The translations under genes and the position numbers were made by a program. The notes beneath the pieces were generated by a model, which was given only the letters and a program-made list of their open reading frames with translations, did no database searches and was not told the origin of the DNA. Positions 19,247-28,438 of a stretch of DNA of 64,000 nucleotides are shown piece by piece. Source of the stretch: an uncultured Chloroflexia bacterium (GTDB lineage Bacteria; Chloroflexota; Limnocylindria; Limnocylindrales; CSP1-4); assembly GCA_963813705.1 (NCBI GenBank), contig CAWFAH010000010.1:921085-985084 (forward strand), given 5' to 3'. The stretch's first letter is position 1. The number at the start of each line of letters is the position of its first letter.

Positions 19247-19845
19247 CCGGCGGGCCACCGCCGGGCGAGCCGCCGCCGGTCCTCCACGGCGAGGTCCAGG
19301 AGACCGGCCCGTCGTTCGACCGGGACTCGTTCCGGTTCGACTCGCGGACCTGGACCTGGGGCGACGAGGACGTCCGCCGGGGCCTGCCCTGGATCGGCGT
19401 GTTCCTCGTCGTGTTCGGCGGGATCCTGCTCCTCGGCACGGCCTACCCGGACGCCCACATCCTCGGCTCGGCGCTGACCACGGCCCTCGGGGTCGCGCTC
19501 CTCGCGTCGTGGGCGACCGGGCGCGGCTGGGGGCTCTACCCGGGCCTGCTGATCACGGCCTACAGCCTGCCCGGGCTGCTCGTCGACCTCGGCGCGCTCC
19601 CGGCCGGCGGCGGCTACGGCACGTTCCTGTTCGGCGTCGGGCTGCTCGGCGTCGCGGTCGTCCGCTGGGTCGGCCGCCACACCTGGGGCTGGCAGCTGGT
19701 CGTCGGCGCGATCCTCGCCCTCGCCGGCGGCTCGGAGATCGCCGGCCGGCTGTTTCCCGGTGCGCCGACGCTCGGTGACCTGCTCGGGCCGCTGGTCCTG
19801 ATCCTGCTCGGGCTGGTCATCCTCACCCGGGCGGTCCGCCGCTAG
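19243..19845 (+). CDS. Hypothetical membrane protein (200 aa) translationally coupled to MmpL
   Basis: ATGA overlap with the MmpL stop. 5-6 hydrophobic helices. GC3 bias. Confidence 0.65.
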   Translation: MTGGPPPGEPPPVLHGEVQETGPSFDRDSFRFDSRTWTWGDEDVRRGLPWIGVFLVVFGGILLLGTAYPDAHILGSALTTALGVALLASWATGRGWGLYPGLLITAYSLPGLLVDLGALPAGGGYGTFLFGVGLLGVAVVRWVGRHTWGWQLVVGAILALAGGSEIAGRLFPGAPTLGDLLGPLVLILLGLVILTRAVRR

Positions 19846-21181
19846 CGTCGGCGCGCCCCGCCAGCGCGGCGTCGAGCGCGCCGGCCAGCCCGCGGGCGAT
19901 CCGCTCGAGCTCGTCGTCCGTGACGACGAACGGCGGTCCGAGGAGGATCGAGTCGCCGTCGACGCCGTTGGCGAGCCCGGTCCCGCTGTACAGCAGCAGC
20001 CCGTCGGCCCGGGCGGCCCGGACGACCCGCTCGGTGAGCCGGTCGGCCCGCGGGAAGGGCTCGCGGGTCGACCGGTCGGCGACGAGCTCGAGCCCGATGA
20101 GCAGCCCGCGGCCGCGGATCTCGCCGACGTTGGGATGCTCGGCCAGCCGCTCGTCGAGCAGGTCGCGGAGCCGGGCGCCCCGTTCCGCCGCGGCCTCGAC
20201 GAGCGACTCGGCCTCCAGGATCCGGAGCACCTCGCGGGCGACGGCCGCGCCGACCGCGTGGTGGCTGTACGTGAAGCCGTGGACGAACCCGGCCCCGGGC
20301 GCCGTCACGGCGTCGTACACGGCGGCCGAGGCGGCGACGAACCCGAACGGCCAGTAGCCCGAAGTCGCGCCCTTGGCCGCCACGAGGATGTCTGGCCGGA
20401 CGCCCCAGTGGTCGAGCCCGAACCAGCGCCCGGTGCGCCCGAACCCGGTCATCACCTCGTCGGCGATGAGCAGGACGCCGTGCTGGCGGCAGACCTCGGC
20501 GATCGCCGGCCAGTAGTCGTCGGGCGGGACCGCGGCGGCGAGCGTGGCGCCCACGATCGGCTCGCCGACGAACGCCGCCACCGTCCCGGGCCCCGCGGCG
20601 TCGATCGCCCGCTCGAGCTCCACGGCGAGCTCGGTCGCGTCCCCCAGCGCGTTCGCCCCGGGCTGACCGGCTCGGTACGGGTAGGCGGCGCTCAGGTGGC
20701 GGAACCGGCCCAGCCAGCCCTCGTACGGCCGGCGGAGCGGCTTGCGTCCCGACAGGTCGAGCGCCCCGATCGTGTTGCCGTGGTAGCTCCCCCACCGGCT
20801 GAACACGACGAGCCGATCGGGCTCCCCGCGCGCGAGGTGGTAGGCGCGGGCAAGCTTGAGCGCCGTCTCGATCGCCTCGGAGCCGCCGGACACCGGGTAG
20901 ATCGCCGGGTCGTCGAGCGGCAGGTGCGGGCCGAGCTCGGCCGCGTAGGCCTCGAGCGGCTCGCTCGTGAAGGCGCTGCCGTGGGCGTAGGCGAGCCGGC
21001 CGGCCTGCTCGGCCATGGCCTCGGCGACCGAGCGACGGCCGTGACCCACGTTGACGACGATCGCCCCGCCCGCCGCGTCCAGGTAGGCGCGACCGGCGGC
21101 GTCCCAGATCGTCGACCCCTCGGCACGGACGGCGACCGGGGGATCCGGATCGAGCGAGCGGTGGAAGACGTGGCCGGTCAC
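19823..21181 (-). CDS. Aspartate aminotransferase family (class III, omega-aminotransferase-like) PLP-dependent enzyme
   Basis: 452 aa with class III motifs (LIADEVMTGFGRTGRWFGLDHWGVRPDILVAAKG) including the PLP lysine. Confidence 0.9.
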   Translation of the reverse strand: MTGHVFHRSLDPDPPVAVRAEGSTIWDAAGRAYLDAAGGAIVVNVGHGRRSVAEAMAEQAGRLAYAHGSAFTSEPLEAYAAELGPHLPLDDPAIYPVSGGSEAIETALKLARAYHLARGEPDRLVVFSRWGSYHGNTIGALDLSGRKPLRRPYEGWLGRFRHLSAAYPYRAGQPGANALGDATELAVELERAIDAAGPGTVAAFVGEPIVGATLAAAVPPDDYWPAIAEVCRQHGVLLIADEVMTGFGRTGRWFGLDHWGVRPDILVAAKGATSGYWPFGFVAASAAVYDAVTAPGAGFVHGFTYSHHAVGAAVAREVLRILEAESLVEAAAERGARLRDLLDERLAEHPNVGEIRGRGLLIGLELVADRSTREPFPRADRLTERVVRAARADGLLLYSGTGLANGVDGDSILLGPPFVVTDDELERIARGLAGALDAALAGRADASGGPPG

Positions 21182-21286
21182 GCGCCGAGTCTAGCGGCCC
21201 GCGCGCGGCCAGAACCCCTGCCGGAGCCGGCCGGGAATCGGCGCGGCCGCCGGGTGAACCGGCGGCCAGGAGATCGCGCCGGCGAA

Positions 21287-22445
21287 CTAGACGCGACCCT
21301 TTGGAACGGTGTGCCAGTAGGTCTTGTTGAAGACGATCTTGCCGAGGTGCCACAGCCGGTTCGGCTTCGGTGGCTTCGGCGGGTGGTCGTAGTCGAACTG
21401 CAGCAAGGTGCCCTTGCCGTCGCCGATCTCGAAGAAGCACATCACCTTGCCCTGGTAGTCGACGTGCTTGCCGGCCGGCTCGCGACCCTCGACCGCCGCC
21501 GCGATCCGCTCGGCGACGACGGGCGCCTCGAAGTGGGCCGTCGACCCGGCCTTCGAGAGCGGCAGGTCGGTTGCATCGCCGAGGGCGAAGATGTCCTCGT
21601 GACCGCCGACCTGGAGCGTGTTCCGGTCGGTCGGCAGCCAGCCGCCGGGCGCCGGGGCGAGACCCGAGTCGATGAGGTACTGCTGGCCCTTGTGCGGCGG
21701 GACGAGGATGAGCAGGTCGTAGGGCAGCTCCTCGCCCTCCAGGCTGAGGACGACCTTCCGCTCCGGGTCGATCGCCTCGACGTTGAAGAACGTGTGGAGC
21801 TCGATCCCCTTCTGCTCCAGGATCGGGGTGGCCATCTCGCTGACCGATTCGATCGTGAACGCGCGCCCGATCGGCGAGCAGAAGTGGAGCTCGCTCTTCG
21901 AGCGCAGGCCGCGCTCGCGGAGCTCGGCCTCGATGAGGAAGGCGACCTCGAGCGGCGCGGGCGGGCACTTGTACGGCATTCCGGCGATGCCGATGACGAT
22001 CCGTCCGCCCGTGAACGCGTCGAGGGCGGTCGCGCAGCCTGGCGGCGGCCGCCGCGGTGTAGAAGTGCTGCGCCTCGGTGTCGAAGTGCTCGATCGACTC
22101 GGGCACGATCCGCGACCCCGTGGCGAGGACGAGCTGGTCGTAGAGCAGCTGCAGGCCGTCGGTCAGCGTGACGATCCGCGACGTCGGGTCGACCGTGGCG
22201 ATCTCGCCCACGATGAGCTGGACGCGCCGGTCGAGCAGCGAGCGCTCGGGTCGCTTGAGGTTCGCGGCGCGCTCGCCGCCCATGGCGATGTACATGAACC
22301 CGGGCTGGTAGACGTGGCTGCCGGTCTGGTCGACGACGGTCAGCTCGACCTCTCCGCGATCGATCCGCTCGCGGAGCTTCTTGACCAGGAGGTTGGCGGT
22401 CAGCGTGCCACCAACCCCGCCGCCGAGGATCAGGATCCGGTCCAT
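21287..22445 (-). pseudogene. sqr: Sulfide:quinone oxidoreductase / NAD(P)/FAD-dependent oxidoreductase (SQR-like), interrupted by a single-base frameshift near 22024-22028
   Basis: N-terminal part MDRILILGGGVGGTLTANLL...HFYTAAAAARLRD is in one frame. C-terminal part ALDAFTGGRIVIGIAGMPYKCPPAPLE...TYWHTVPKGRV is in the -1 frame. An extra G/C in a GGG/CCC run (+ strand cgagGGcggtc) explains the shift. Confidence 0.8.
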
Positions 22446-22449
22446 CGAG

Positions 22450-22713
22450 CTACCGCACCTTCTCGACGATGATCGCGTCGTACCCGTCACGGGTCTCGAC
22501 GGAGATCAGCCGGTGGCCGGCCTTCTCGATCCACTTGGGGATGTCGATCCGGCTGCCCTTGTCGGACGAGCGCACCTCGAGCACGTCGCCGACCTGGCCT
22601 TCGCGGATCGCCCGGATGAGCTCCATCAGCGGGCCCGGGCAGAAGCTGCCCCGGGCGTCGATGGTCCGGGTGATCGTGGGGATCTCGAGCGTGTCGGTCA
22701 TCGCGGGTTCCAT
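22450..22713 (-). CDS. tusA: Sulfurtransferase TusA family protein
   Basis: 87 aa with CPxP motif (DARGSFCPGPLMEL). Lies 4 nt upstream of the SQR start. Confidence 0.8.
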   Translation of the reverse strand: MEPAMTDTLEIPTITRTIDARGSFCPGPLMELIRAIREGQVGDVLEVRSSDKGSRIDIPKWIEKAGHRLISVETRDGYDAIIVEKVR

Positions 22714-22754
22714 GCCTTTCGGTCTGGGTCGGACGCGCAGGCCCGACGGTTCGT

Positions 22755-23312
22755 TCAGATGAACAGCGGAGCCGAGCCCTCGGTCATCAGGCCGATGACC
22801 GTGGCCGCGCCGACCGGCTCGGCCATGCCGTCGATCATGTCCTCGGGCTTGAGCCCGAACATGTCCATGGTCATCTGGCAGGGGATGAACTCGACGCCCA
22901 TGAGCTGGGCGGCCTCGAGCAGCTCCTTCGGGCTGGCGACGTGGTACTGCTTCGCCAGGCGGCCCATCATCCAGGGGCCCATCCCGAGGAAGTTCATCTT
23001 CGACAGCTTGCGATGGCTCATGCCGGGTCGCTGCATGGCCGACAGCATCTTCTGCATCCAGTTGTCGCCGGTGATCCGGCGCTCGTCCTTGACGAAGGCC
23101 TGGAGGCCCCAGAACGTCACGAAGACGCGGGTCTTGACGCCCATCGCCGCCGACGTGGAGGCGAGGATCGTCATCGCCCAGACCTTCTCGAGATCACCGC
23201 TGTAGTCGATGATCAGGACGTCGCGCAGCTTGGACTCCGGTTCCTGGACGACCTGCGGGACCGGCTCGGGGATCGGCGTCTCGCGAACGGGCGCCTCCGC
23301 GATCATGGTCAT
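22755..23312 (-). CDS. DsrE/DsrF/DsrH-like family protein (DsrE2-type)
   Basis: 185 aa. Conserved DsrE-like blocks (VWAMTILASTSAAMGVKTRVFVTFWGLQAF...GVEFIPCQMTMDMFG) including the cysteine. Confidence 0.8.
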   Translation of the reverse strand: MTMIAEAPVRETPIPEPVPQVVQEPESKLRDVLIIDYSGDLEKVWAMTILASTSAAMGVKTRVFVTFWGLQAFVKDERRITGDNWMQKMLSAMQRPGMSHRKLSKMNFLGMGPWMMGRLAKQYHVASPKELLEAAQLMGVEFIPCQMTMDMFGLKPEDMIDGMAEPVGAATVIGLMTEGSAPLFI

Positions 23313-23328
23313 GGTGCGTTCCTTTCGC

Positions 23329-23577
23329 TCAGCGGACGCGGATGACGAAGCGGTAGACCGCCCCGTCGGAAGTGGACTCGAGGAGCTCGTTGGCGGTCGT
23401 CTTCGACCAGGCGGCGAAGTCCTTGATCGAACCCGGGTCGGTCGCCAGAACCTCGAGGGCCTGGCCGGAGGCCATGGTCTTCACGGCCTGGGCCGTCTTG
23501 ACGATCGGCAGCGGGCAGGACAGCCCGCGCGCGTCGACGGTCTGGGCGATCTCGACGATCGGTGTCATGGTCGGCAA
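23329..23577 (-). CDS. tusA: Sulfurtransferase TusA family protein (second copy)
   Basis: 82 aa, DARGLSCPLPIVKT CPxP motif. Confidence 0.85.
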   Translation of the reverse strand: MPTMTPIVEIAQTVDARGLSCPLPIVKTAQAVKTMASGQALEVLATDPGSIKDFAAWSKTTANELLESTSDGAVYRFVIRVR

Positions 23578-23608
23578 CTCCCTTCGGTGGTGACCGCGGC
23601 TCCGGCGG

Positions 23609-24022
23609 TCAAATGAACACGACCTGGCCCTCGCCGGCGTTCAGGTAGAAGGCCGTCACGCCTTCGACCCCGTCGACGAGCGGATCGAGATCCGTCTGCT
23701 CGAGCCCGAGCAGGTCCATGGACAGCGAGCACGCCTCGATGTCGATCGAGCCGAGCTCCTTGGCCATCCGCAGCGTGTCGGCCCAGCTGGCCTGGCCGGC
23801 CGTCCGGAGCGCGTCGACCTGACGGCGACCCTCGTCGCCGGCCTCGGGGGCGAGCCCGTGGTCGCGGCCGATGCGGTCCGCCCGGAAGGCGTCGAGCGCC
23901 CAGTACTGGAGGAAGACGTTGACCGGCTTGCCGAGCGCGGCGGCGCCGGCGGCAAGGACGGAGGCGGCCTGGAGCCGATCGTCGGTGCCGGAGAAGAGGA
24001 CCAGGTTCAGGGGCTCGTCCAT
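23609..24022 (-). CDS. DsrE/DsrF-like family protein (DsrE3-type)
   Basis: 137 aa, LNLVLFSGTDDRLQAASVLAAGAAALGKPVNVFLQYWAL...IEACSLSMDLLGL. DsrE fold motifs with the active-site Cys. Confidence 0.75.
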   Translation of the reverse strand: MDEPLNLVLFSGTDDRLQAASVLAAGAAALGKPVNVFLQYWALDAFRADRIGRDHGLAPEAGDEGRRQVDALRTAGQASWADTLRMAKELGSIDIEACSLSMDLLGLEQTDLDPLVDGVEGVTAFYLNAGEGQVVFI

Positions 24023-24035
24023 GGTTCAGGTGACC

Positions 24036-24449
24036 TCAGCTGACGATTGAGATGGCAGGGTGCTTGCGGACACGGGCCGGTTGGCCGGAACCCGATCGTC
24101 GGGCGCCCGCCGCGGGGCCTGAGGACGGCGTTGCCGGCGCGTCGTCGGGCAGCCCGGCGAGCCGGCGGATGCGCCGCTCGAGGACGCCGCGCATGATCGA
24201 GCAGGCGACCATGACGTCGGGGTCGGCCAGGCGGTAGCGGACCTCACGTCCGTCGCGCTCCGCCTCGACCACGCCCGCGCTGCGGAGCAGCGCCAGGTGC
24301 TGGGAGGCGTTGGGCTGGGTCATCCCGAGCTCGTCGGCCAGCCGGCCGACCTCGCACGGCCCGTCGGCCAGCCGGTGCAGGATCTCGAGCCGGCGCGGGC
24401 TGGCGAGCGTCTTGAGCACTTCGGCCTGGAGCGAGTTGATGTCGTCCAT
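24036..24449 (-). CDS. ArsR/SmtB family transcriptional regulator; candidate persulfide-responsive SqrR/BigR-like repressor
   Basis: HTH LKTLASPRRLEILHRLADGPCEVGRLADELGMTQPNASQHLALLRSAGVV with two Cys (GPCEV, VACSIM) placed like the SqrR/BigR sensing cysteines. First gene of the sulfur cluster. Confidence 0.9.
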   Translation of the reverse strand: MDDINSLQAEVLKTLASPRRLEILHRLADGPCEVGRLADELGMTQPNASQHLALLRSAGVVEAERDGREVRYRLADPDVMVACSIMRGVLERRIRRLAGLPDDAPATPSSGPAAGARRSGSGQPARVRKHPAISIVS

Positions 24450-24606
24450 GGCCCGAGCATCGACCTATGCGCAGATGCTGATGAGTGCCGCCCGGCCCGG
24501 GCCGGGGGGCCGCCGGTCATCCGTGCGGCAGGCCGGTCGGCCGGCGCGGTTCGGCCGTGGCCACGGCCTCGTTCGTGGCCGTCGGCCACTCTCCGTCACC
24601 ACCTAG

Positions 24607-24663
24607 CGGTCCGCGTGGTGCGTGCCGGGACCCGGCCGGGGTCCGGTCTCGGTCCGCGTGGTG
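24607..24663. repeat. Direct repeat CGGTCCGCGTGGTGC (x2, 42 bp apart), each followed by a CCGGCCGGGTCCGG-like segment, in the arsR upstream region
   Basis: Seen directly. Located between the hemerythrin gene and the arsR-like start. Confidence 0.3.
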
Positions 24664-24877
24664 CCCGGCCGGGTCCGGGTCCCTCGTATCATCAGCGAGC
24701 AATGGGGGCGCTGCATGATGTCGATCGGGGCCGCTCGAACGCGGCGGGCCGATCTCCGACTACCCGCGCTGCTAGGTGGCGATTGGTCGACCGCGCCGGC
24801 ATGCGCCGACGACGCGAGCAGCGGCAGACTCCGATCGAACGCGGCCGGACCCCGACCGGTCTCACTCGGCCGAGAGG

Positions 24878-25357
24878 TCAGACGGTGGCTGCCGTCGAAT
24901 GGCTCTCGGTGGCGTCCAGCAGCGGGACGAGGAACCGTTCCTCGCGCTCCACGTGACAGTGGATGAGCGCGTGGAGGGCGTACAGCCGGGCGCGGATCTC
25001 GCCGAGATGGCGGTGCGTCGGCTCGCGCCGGAGGAGCTCCCAGTCGATCTCGAGCCGATCGATCAGCTCGCGGATCTGGCGGTGGTCGAAGCGCATCGAG
25101 CGGGTCACCCAGGGCGTCCCGGCGATCCGGTCGAGCTCGGGATAGAGCCACGAGTCCTCCCAGTCGCAATGCGGCAGGAACGACTTGTGGAGCCAGTCGA
25201 GGACGCTGCGCAGGGAGGCCGAGAGGTCCGGCGCGGCCAGGCTGCCGGCCAATCCGGCGACATCGTCGATCCGGCCGATGCCGGGCAGCATCTCACGGTG
25301 CTCGCTCTCGACGAAGCGGCGCTCGACCTCGGCGCCGTGGCGCAGATCCATGGACAT
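24878..25357 (-). CDS. Hemerythrin domain-containing protein
   Basis: 159 aa with H...HxxxE...H...HxxxxE spacing (HREMLPG, HKSFLPHCDWED, FDHRQIRE, HALIHCHVEREE). Confidence 0.8.
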   Translation of the reverse strand: MSMDLRHGAEVERRFVESEHREMLPGIGRIDDVAGLAGSLAAPDLSASLRSVLDWLHKSFLPHCDWEDSWLYPELDRIAGTPWVTRSMRFDHRQIRELIDRLEIDWELLRREPTHRHLGEIRARLYALHALIHCHVEREERFLVPLLDATESHSTAATV

Positions 25358-25540
25358 CGTCGCCTCCCGGGCCGTCTAACGTCGACCCTGCTCGCCGGTC
25401 CGGAACGGCCGATCGAGTGACCTCATGGTCGGCCCGGTGAACGCGACCAGATAGGGCGATGAGTCACGACGGCCGGGTCGGTCCGGCCCGTTCCGGCGTG
25501 CCGCACGCCCCCCGGACATGCGGCCCGCAGCGTGATCGGG

Positions 25541-26452
25541 TCAGCGCGCGGTGGCGCTCTTCGGGACCCAGCCGGACCGGCCACCGAACGTCAGCACCTG
25601 GAGCCAGGTGCGGCCGTGCACCGGGTGCCGGGCGAGGACGACGAACCGGTCCCCGGCATGGATCCGGCCGACGGCCGATGCCGCCGAGCCCGGCGCTGCC
25701 CGGAGCACGACGGTGCGGGTCGCGTGCCGGACCGTGTGGAGGTGGCGGGCGAGATCGAGCTCCCAGGCCGGCCGGACGATCCCGGCGAGGTGGGTGTGGA
25801 GGTAGGCCGTGAACGGGGTGAACATCGCGTGGACCCGGTGGACGCGGACGCCCTGGATCAGGGCGCTGATCGCGCGACCCCCGCCGATGTAGACCCCGAC
25901 ATGGCTGCCGTTGCCCCAGATCACGAGGTCGCCGACCTGCGGGGCGTGGCGCGAGGCGAGGCCCCGCCGGCGATAGGCCAGGTAGATGGCGCGCGCGCTC
26001 GTGCTGCTGACCTTGCTGCCCAGCCCGGCCTCGTGGAACACCCGCCACATGAGCCCGCTGCAGTCGAACGCCCCGGGTCCGGTGCTGTCGTACCGGTAGG
26101 GGGCCCGGAGATGGCTCCGCGCGAAGGCGATCACGACCGCCGCGGCCGGCACCTTGGCCGGCGCCGCCGGCTTCGCCGCGGCGGCGGCGACCGGCGGAGA
26201 CACCGAAGCGATCGTTGACGGGACGAGCTCGCGGGTGCTGTCGAGCAACGACGGCGTGAGCGCGTCCGGGCTCGGCGACGGCTCACCGGTCGCGGCCGCG
26301 ACGGTCTCGGGGAGGACCGCCGATGCGACAGTGGCGTCGGTCGCGGTGCTCGAGCCCGGAGCGGCGGCTCCGGCGAGGACCGCCTGGCCGGGCAGGGCGG
26401 TGAGGAGGATGACGGCGATCAGGGTCGTGGCAGCGAGCGCCCGGAGGCGCAT
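25541..26452 (-). CDS. C40 family peptidase (NlpC/P60) with signal peptide and C-terminal SH3b-like domain
   Basis: Start taken at MRLRALAATTLIAVILL. The catalytic Cys motif is YRYDSTGPGAFDCSGLMWRVF. Downstream His lies in HVGVYIGG. C-terminal RTWLQVLTFGGRSGWVP is SH3b-like. Confidence 0.8.
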   Translation of the reverse strand: MRLRALAATTLIAVILLTALPGQAVLAGAAAPGSSTATDATVASAVLPETVAAATGEPSPSPDALTPSLLDSTRELVPSTIASVSPPVAAAAAKPAAPAKVPAAAVVIAFARSHLRAPYRYDSTGPGAFDCSGLMWRVFHEAGLGSKVSSTSARAIYLAYRRRGLASRHAPQVGDLVIWGNGSHVGVYIGGGRAISALIQGVRVHRVHAMFTPFTAYLHTHLAGIVRPAWELDLARHLHTVRHATRTVVLRAAPGSAASAVGRIHAGDRFVVLARHPVHGRTWLQVLTFGGRSGWVPKSATAR

Positions 26453-26784
26453 GGGGATCCGGCTCAATGTGCTCCTTTCCACCAGGACATCGCGGGTGGC
26501 GCGATGGCGATGGGCTGGGCCGCACGAAGGCAGGGGCACCCCGGTTCTGGCCGCAGGGCGGCGGCAGATGGGAACGGGCGCCAGCGGGGCTGGCGTCGGG
26601 ACGACGACACACGGTCGGCCGTTCGGGCGGCGTTCTTCGGTTGTCGTGTCCCGTTCGGAGGGTCGCGTTCCGGCGGAGGATACCCGGGATCGGGGTTCTG
26701 TGCACCCGGCGCGACGATCCAGTGGTGCATCCGGGCCACGACATCGGAGCCCACGGGCCGGAACCGGACGCCGCGGCGCGGTGT

Positions 26785-27399
26785 ATGAAGGCTGCAGGCG
26801 AACCGTGGGAGGGCCGTCCGACGGAGGAGTCCGAGCTCATCGAACGCGCGCAGCGAGGCGACGCGATGGCCTACGAAGACCTGGTCCGGCGCCATCAGGA
26901 CGCGGCGCTGCGGACGGCCGGCCTCGTCCTGGCCGGCGCGGCCGAGACGGAGGACGCCGTCCAGGACGCCTTCGTCAAGGCCTACACGTCGCTCAGCCGG
27001 TTCCGAGCCGGATCGCCGTTCCGGCCGTGGATCCTCCGGATCGTCGCCAACGAGGCGCGCAACCGGCGGCGATCTGCGGGACGGCGGACCGGGCTCGCGC
27101 TGCGACTCGCTGAGGATCGCCCCTCGGACGGCGCGGCTCCGTCGCCCGAGGCGGCGGTCCTCGCCACGGAGCGACGAACGGCGCTCCTCGGGGCGATCGC
27201 CGGGCTGAGCGTCGACGATCGGCTCGTCCTCGGGTATCGCTACTTCCTCGAGCTCGGCGAGGCCGAGATGGCCGAGGCGCTCGGGGTTCCGCGGGGAACC
27301 GTGAAGTCACGCCTGTCCCGGGCGCTCGAGCGGCTGCGTCGCGAGATCGGCCCGACGTCGGTGCTCGCCCCGCGGCCCGGGACGGAGGACGAGCGATGA
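26785..27399 (+). CDS. RNA polymerase sigma-70 family ECF sigma factor
   Basis: Region 2 ELIERAQRGDAMAYEDLVRRHQDAALRTA...FRPWILRIVANEARNRRR and region 4 EAEMAEALGVPRGTVKSRLSRALERLR. Start codon uncertain (ATG 26785 proposed). Confidence 0.8.
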   Translation: MKAAGEPWEGRPTEESELIERAQRGDAMAYEDLVRRHQDAALRTAGLVLAGAAETEDAVQDAFVKAYTSLSRFRAGSPFRPWILRIVANEARNRRRSAGRRTGLALRLAEDRPSDGAAPSPEAAVLATERRTALLGAIAGLSVDDRLVLGYRYFLELGEAEMAEALGVPRGTVKSRLSRALERLRREIGPTSVLAPRPGTEDER

Positions 27400-28346
27400 C
27401 CGCGCGCTGGGATCCCGGGCTGGACGGTGAGCTCGAGGCCGCCCTGCTCGACCTGGCCCGTGCGATCGCCCCGGTCCCGGCTCCGCGGCTGGCCGAGACC
27501 GTGCGGCGCCGGATCGAAGGCCGGCCGGCGCCGGGGGCGGCCGGGCTGCCCCTCGGCGCCCGGCTCGCCGCATGGGCGGAGCCCCTCGTGGGCCGCCGGC
27601 GACCGCTGCGCCGCGGACTCGTCCTCGCGCTGGTCGCCCTGCTCGTCATCGCCGGGGTCGCAGCCGCGATCGGGTTCGGGCTGCCCGGGCTGCGCATCGT
27701 CATCCTCGGACCCGGACCGTCGGGGACACCGGCGGCGACCATCGCGCCGACCATCGCGGCGACCATCGCGCCGACACCGGCGACGACGCCCGCTCGGTCG
27801 CCCGGGTCGCCCCCGCCGAGCCCGTCGCCCACGGCGCCGCCGCTCGACTCGCTCGGTCTCGGCCAACGGGTGGATCCGGGCGGCCTTGACGCCGCCGCCG
27901 GCCGGCGCGTCCTGCTCCCGTCCCCGGCCGAGCTCGGCGCTCCACTCGCGGCGTTCGTCCGCGGCACGCCGCCCGACGCGATCGTGACCGTCGCCTACGG
28001 TCCGGCGCCGGCGATCCCGGCCGGCTCGCTCGCGCCCGTCGACGCTGGCGGGCCGGTTGCGATCCTCGTGACCGAGCTGCCCGGGACCACCGACGGCGCC
28101 TATCTCCAGAAGATGCTCCCGGCCGGGACGACGATCGACCAGGTCGGGGTCGGCGGGCACGCCGGGTTCTGGATCGCCGGCCGGCCGCACGAGCTGCTGT
28201 ACGTCGCCCCGAACGGCGACGTGCTCGACGAGCCCGCGCGCCTCGCCGGGAACGTGCTGGCCTGGAACGACGGCGCCGTGACGTTCCGGATCGAGGGCGC
28301 GCCCGATCTCGCGACCGCCCAGCGGATCGCCGCGACGCTGCGCTGA
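27396..28346 (+). CDS. Putative anti-sigma factor (single-pass membrane protein with Pro/Thr-rich linker and extracytoplasmic domain)
   Basis: ATGA overlap with the sigma gene. One TM (LVLALVALLVIAGVAAAIGF). PT-rich linker. Typical sigE-rseA-like arrangement. Confidence 0.7.
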   Translation: MTARWDPGLDGELEAALLDLARAIAPVPAPRLAETVRRRIEGRPAPGAAGLPLGARLAAWAEPLVGRRRPLRRGLVLALVALLVIAGVAAAIGFGLPGLRIVILGPGPSGTPAATIAPTIAATIAPTPATTPARSPGSPPPSPSPTAPPLDSLGLGQRVDPGGLDAAAGRRVLLPSPAELGAPLAAFVRGTPPDAIVTVAYGPAPAIPAGSLAPVDAGGPVAILVTELPGTTDGAYLQKMLPAGTTIDQVGVGGHAGFWIAGRPHELLYVAPNGDVLDEPARLAGNVLAWNDGAVTFRIEGAPDLATAQRIAATLR

Positions 28347-28438
28347 CCCGGGGAACCGGCCGACGGGCGCCGGTGTAGATGGGGCAGCGGACGCCGACCG
28401 GCGCCCGACCGGCGATCCCGGCGACGAGGACCACGACG

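Noticed and set aside
16594-19258. 867-aa (+) and 823-aa (-) ORFs across the MmpL locus
   Set aside because: Off-frame or antisense to the MMPL gene, with no domain signatures. Classic GC-rich shadow ORFs.
19842-21286. Continuation of the SQR N-terminal frame (882-aa ORF 19842-22490) through the aminotransferase region
   Set aside because: After the frameshift point the frame is open only by chance. It is antisense or out of frame with the real class III aminotransferase.
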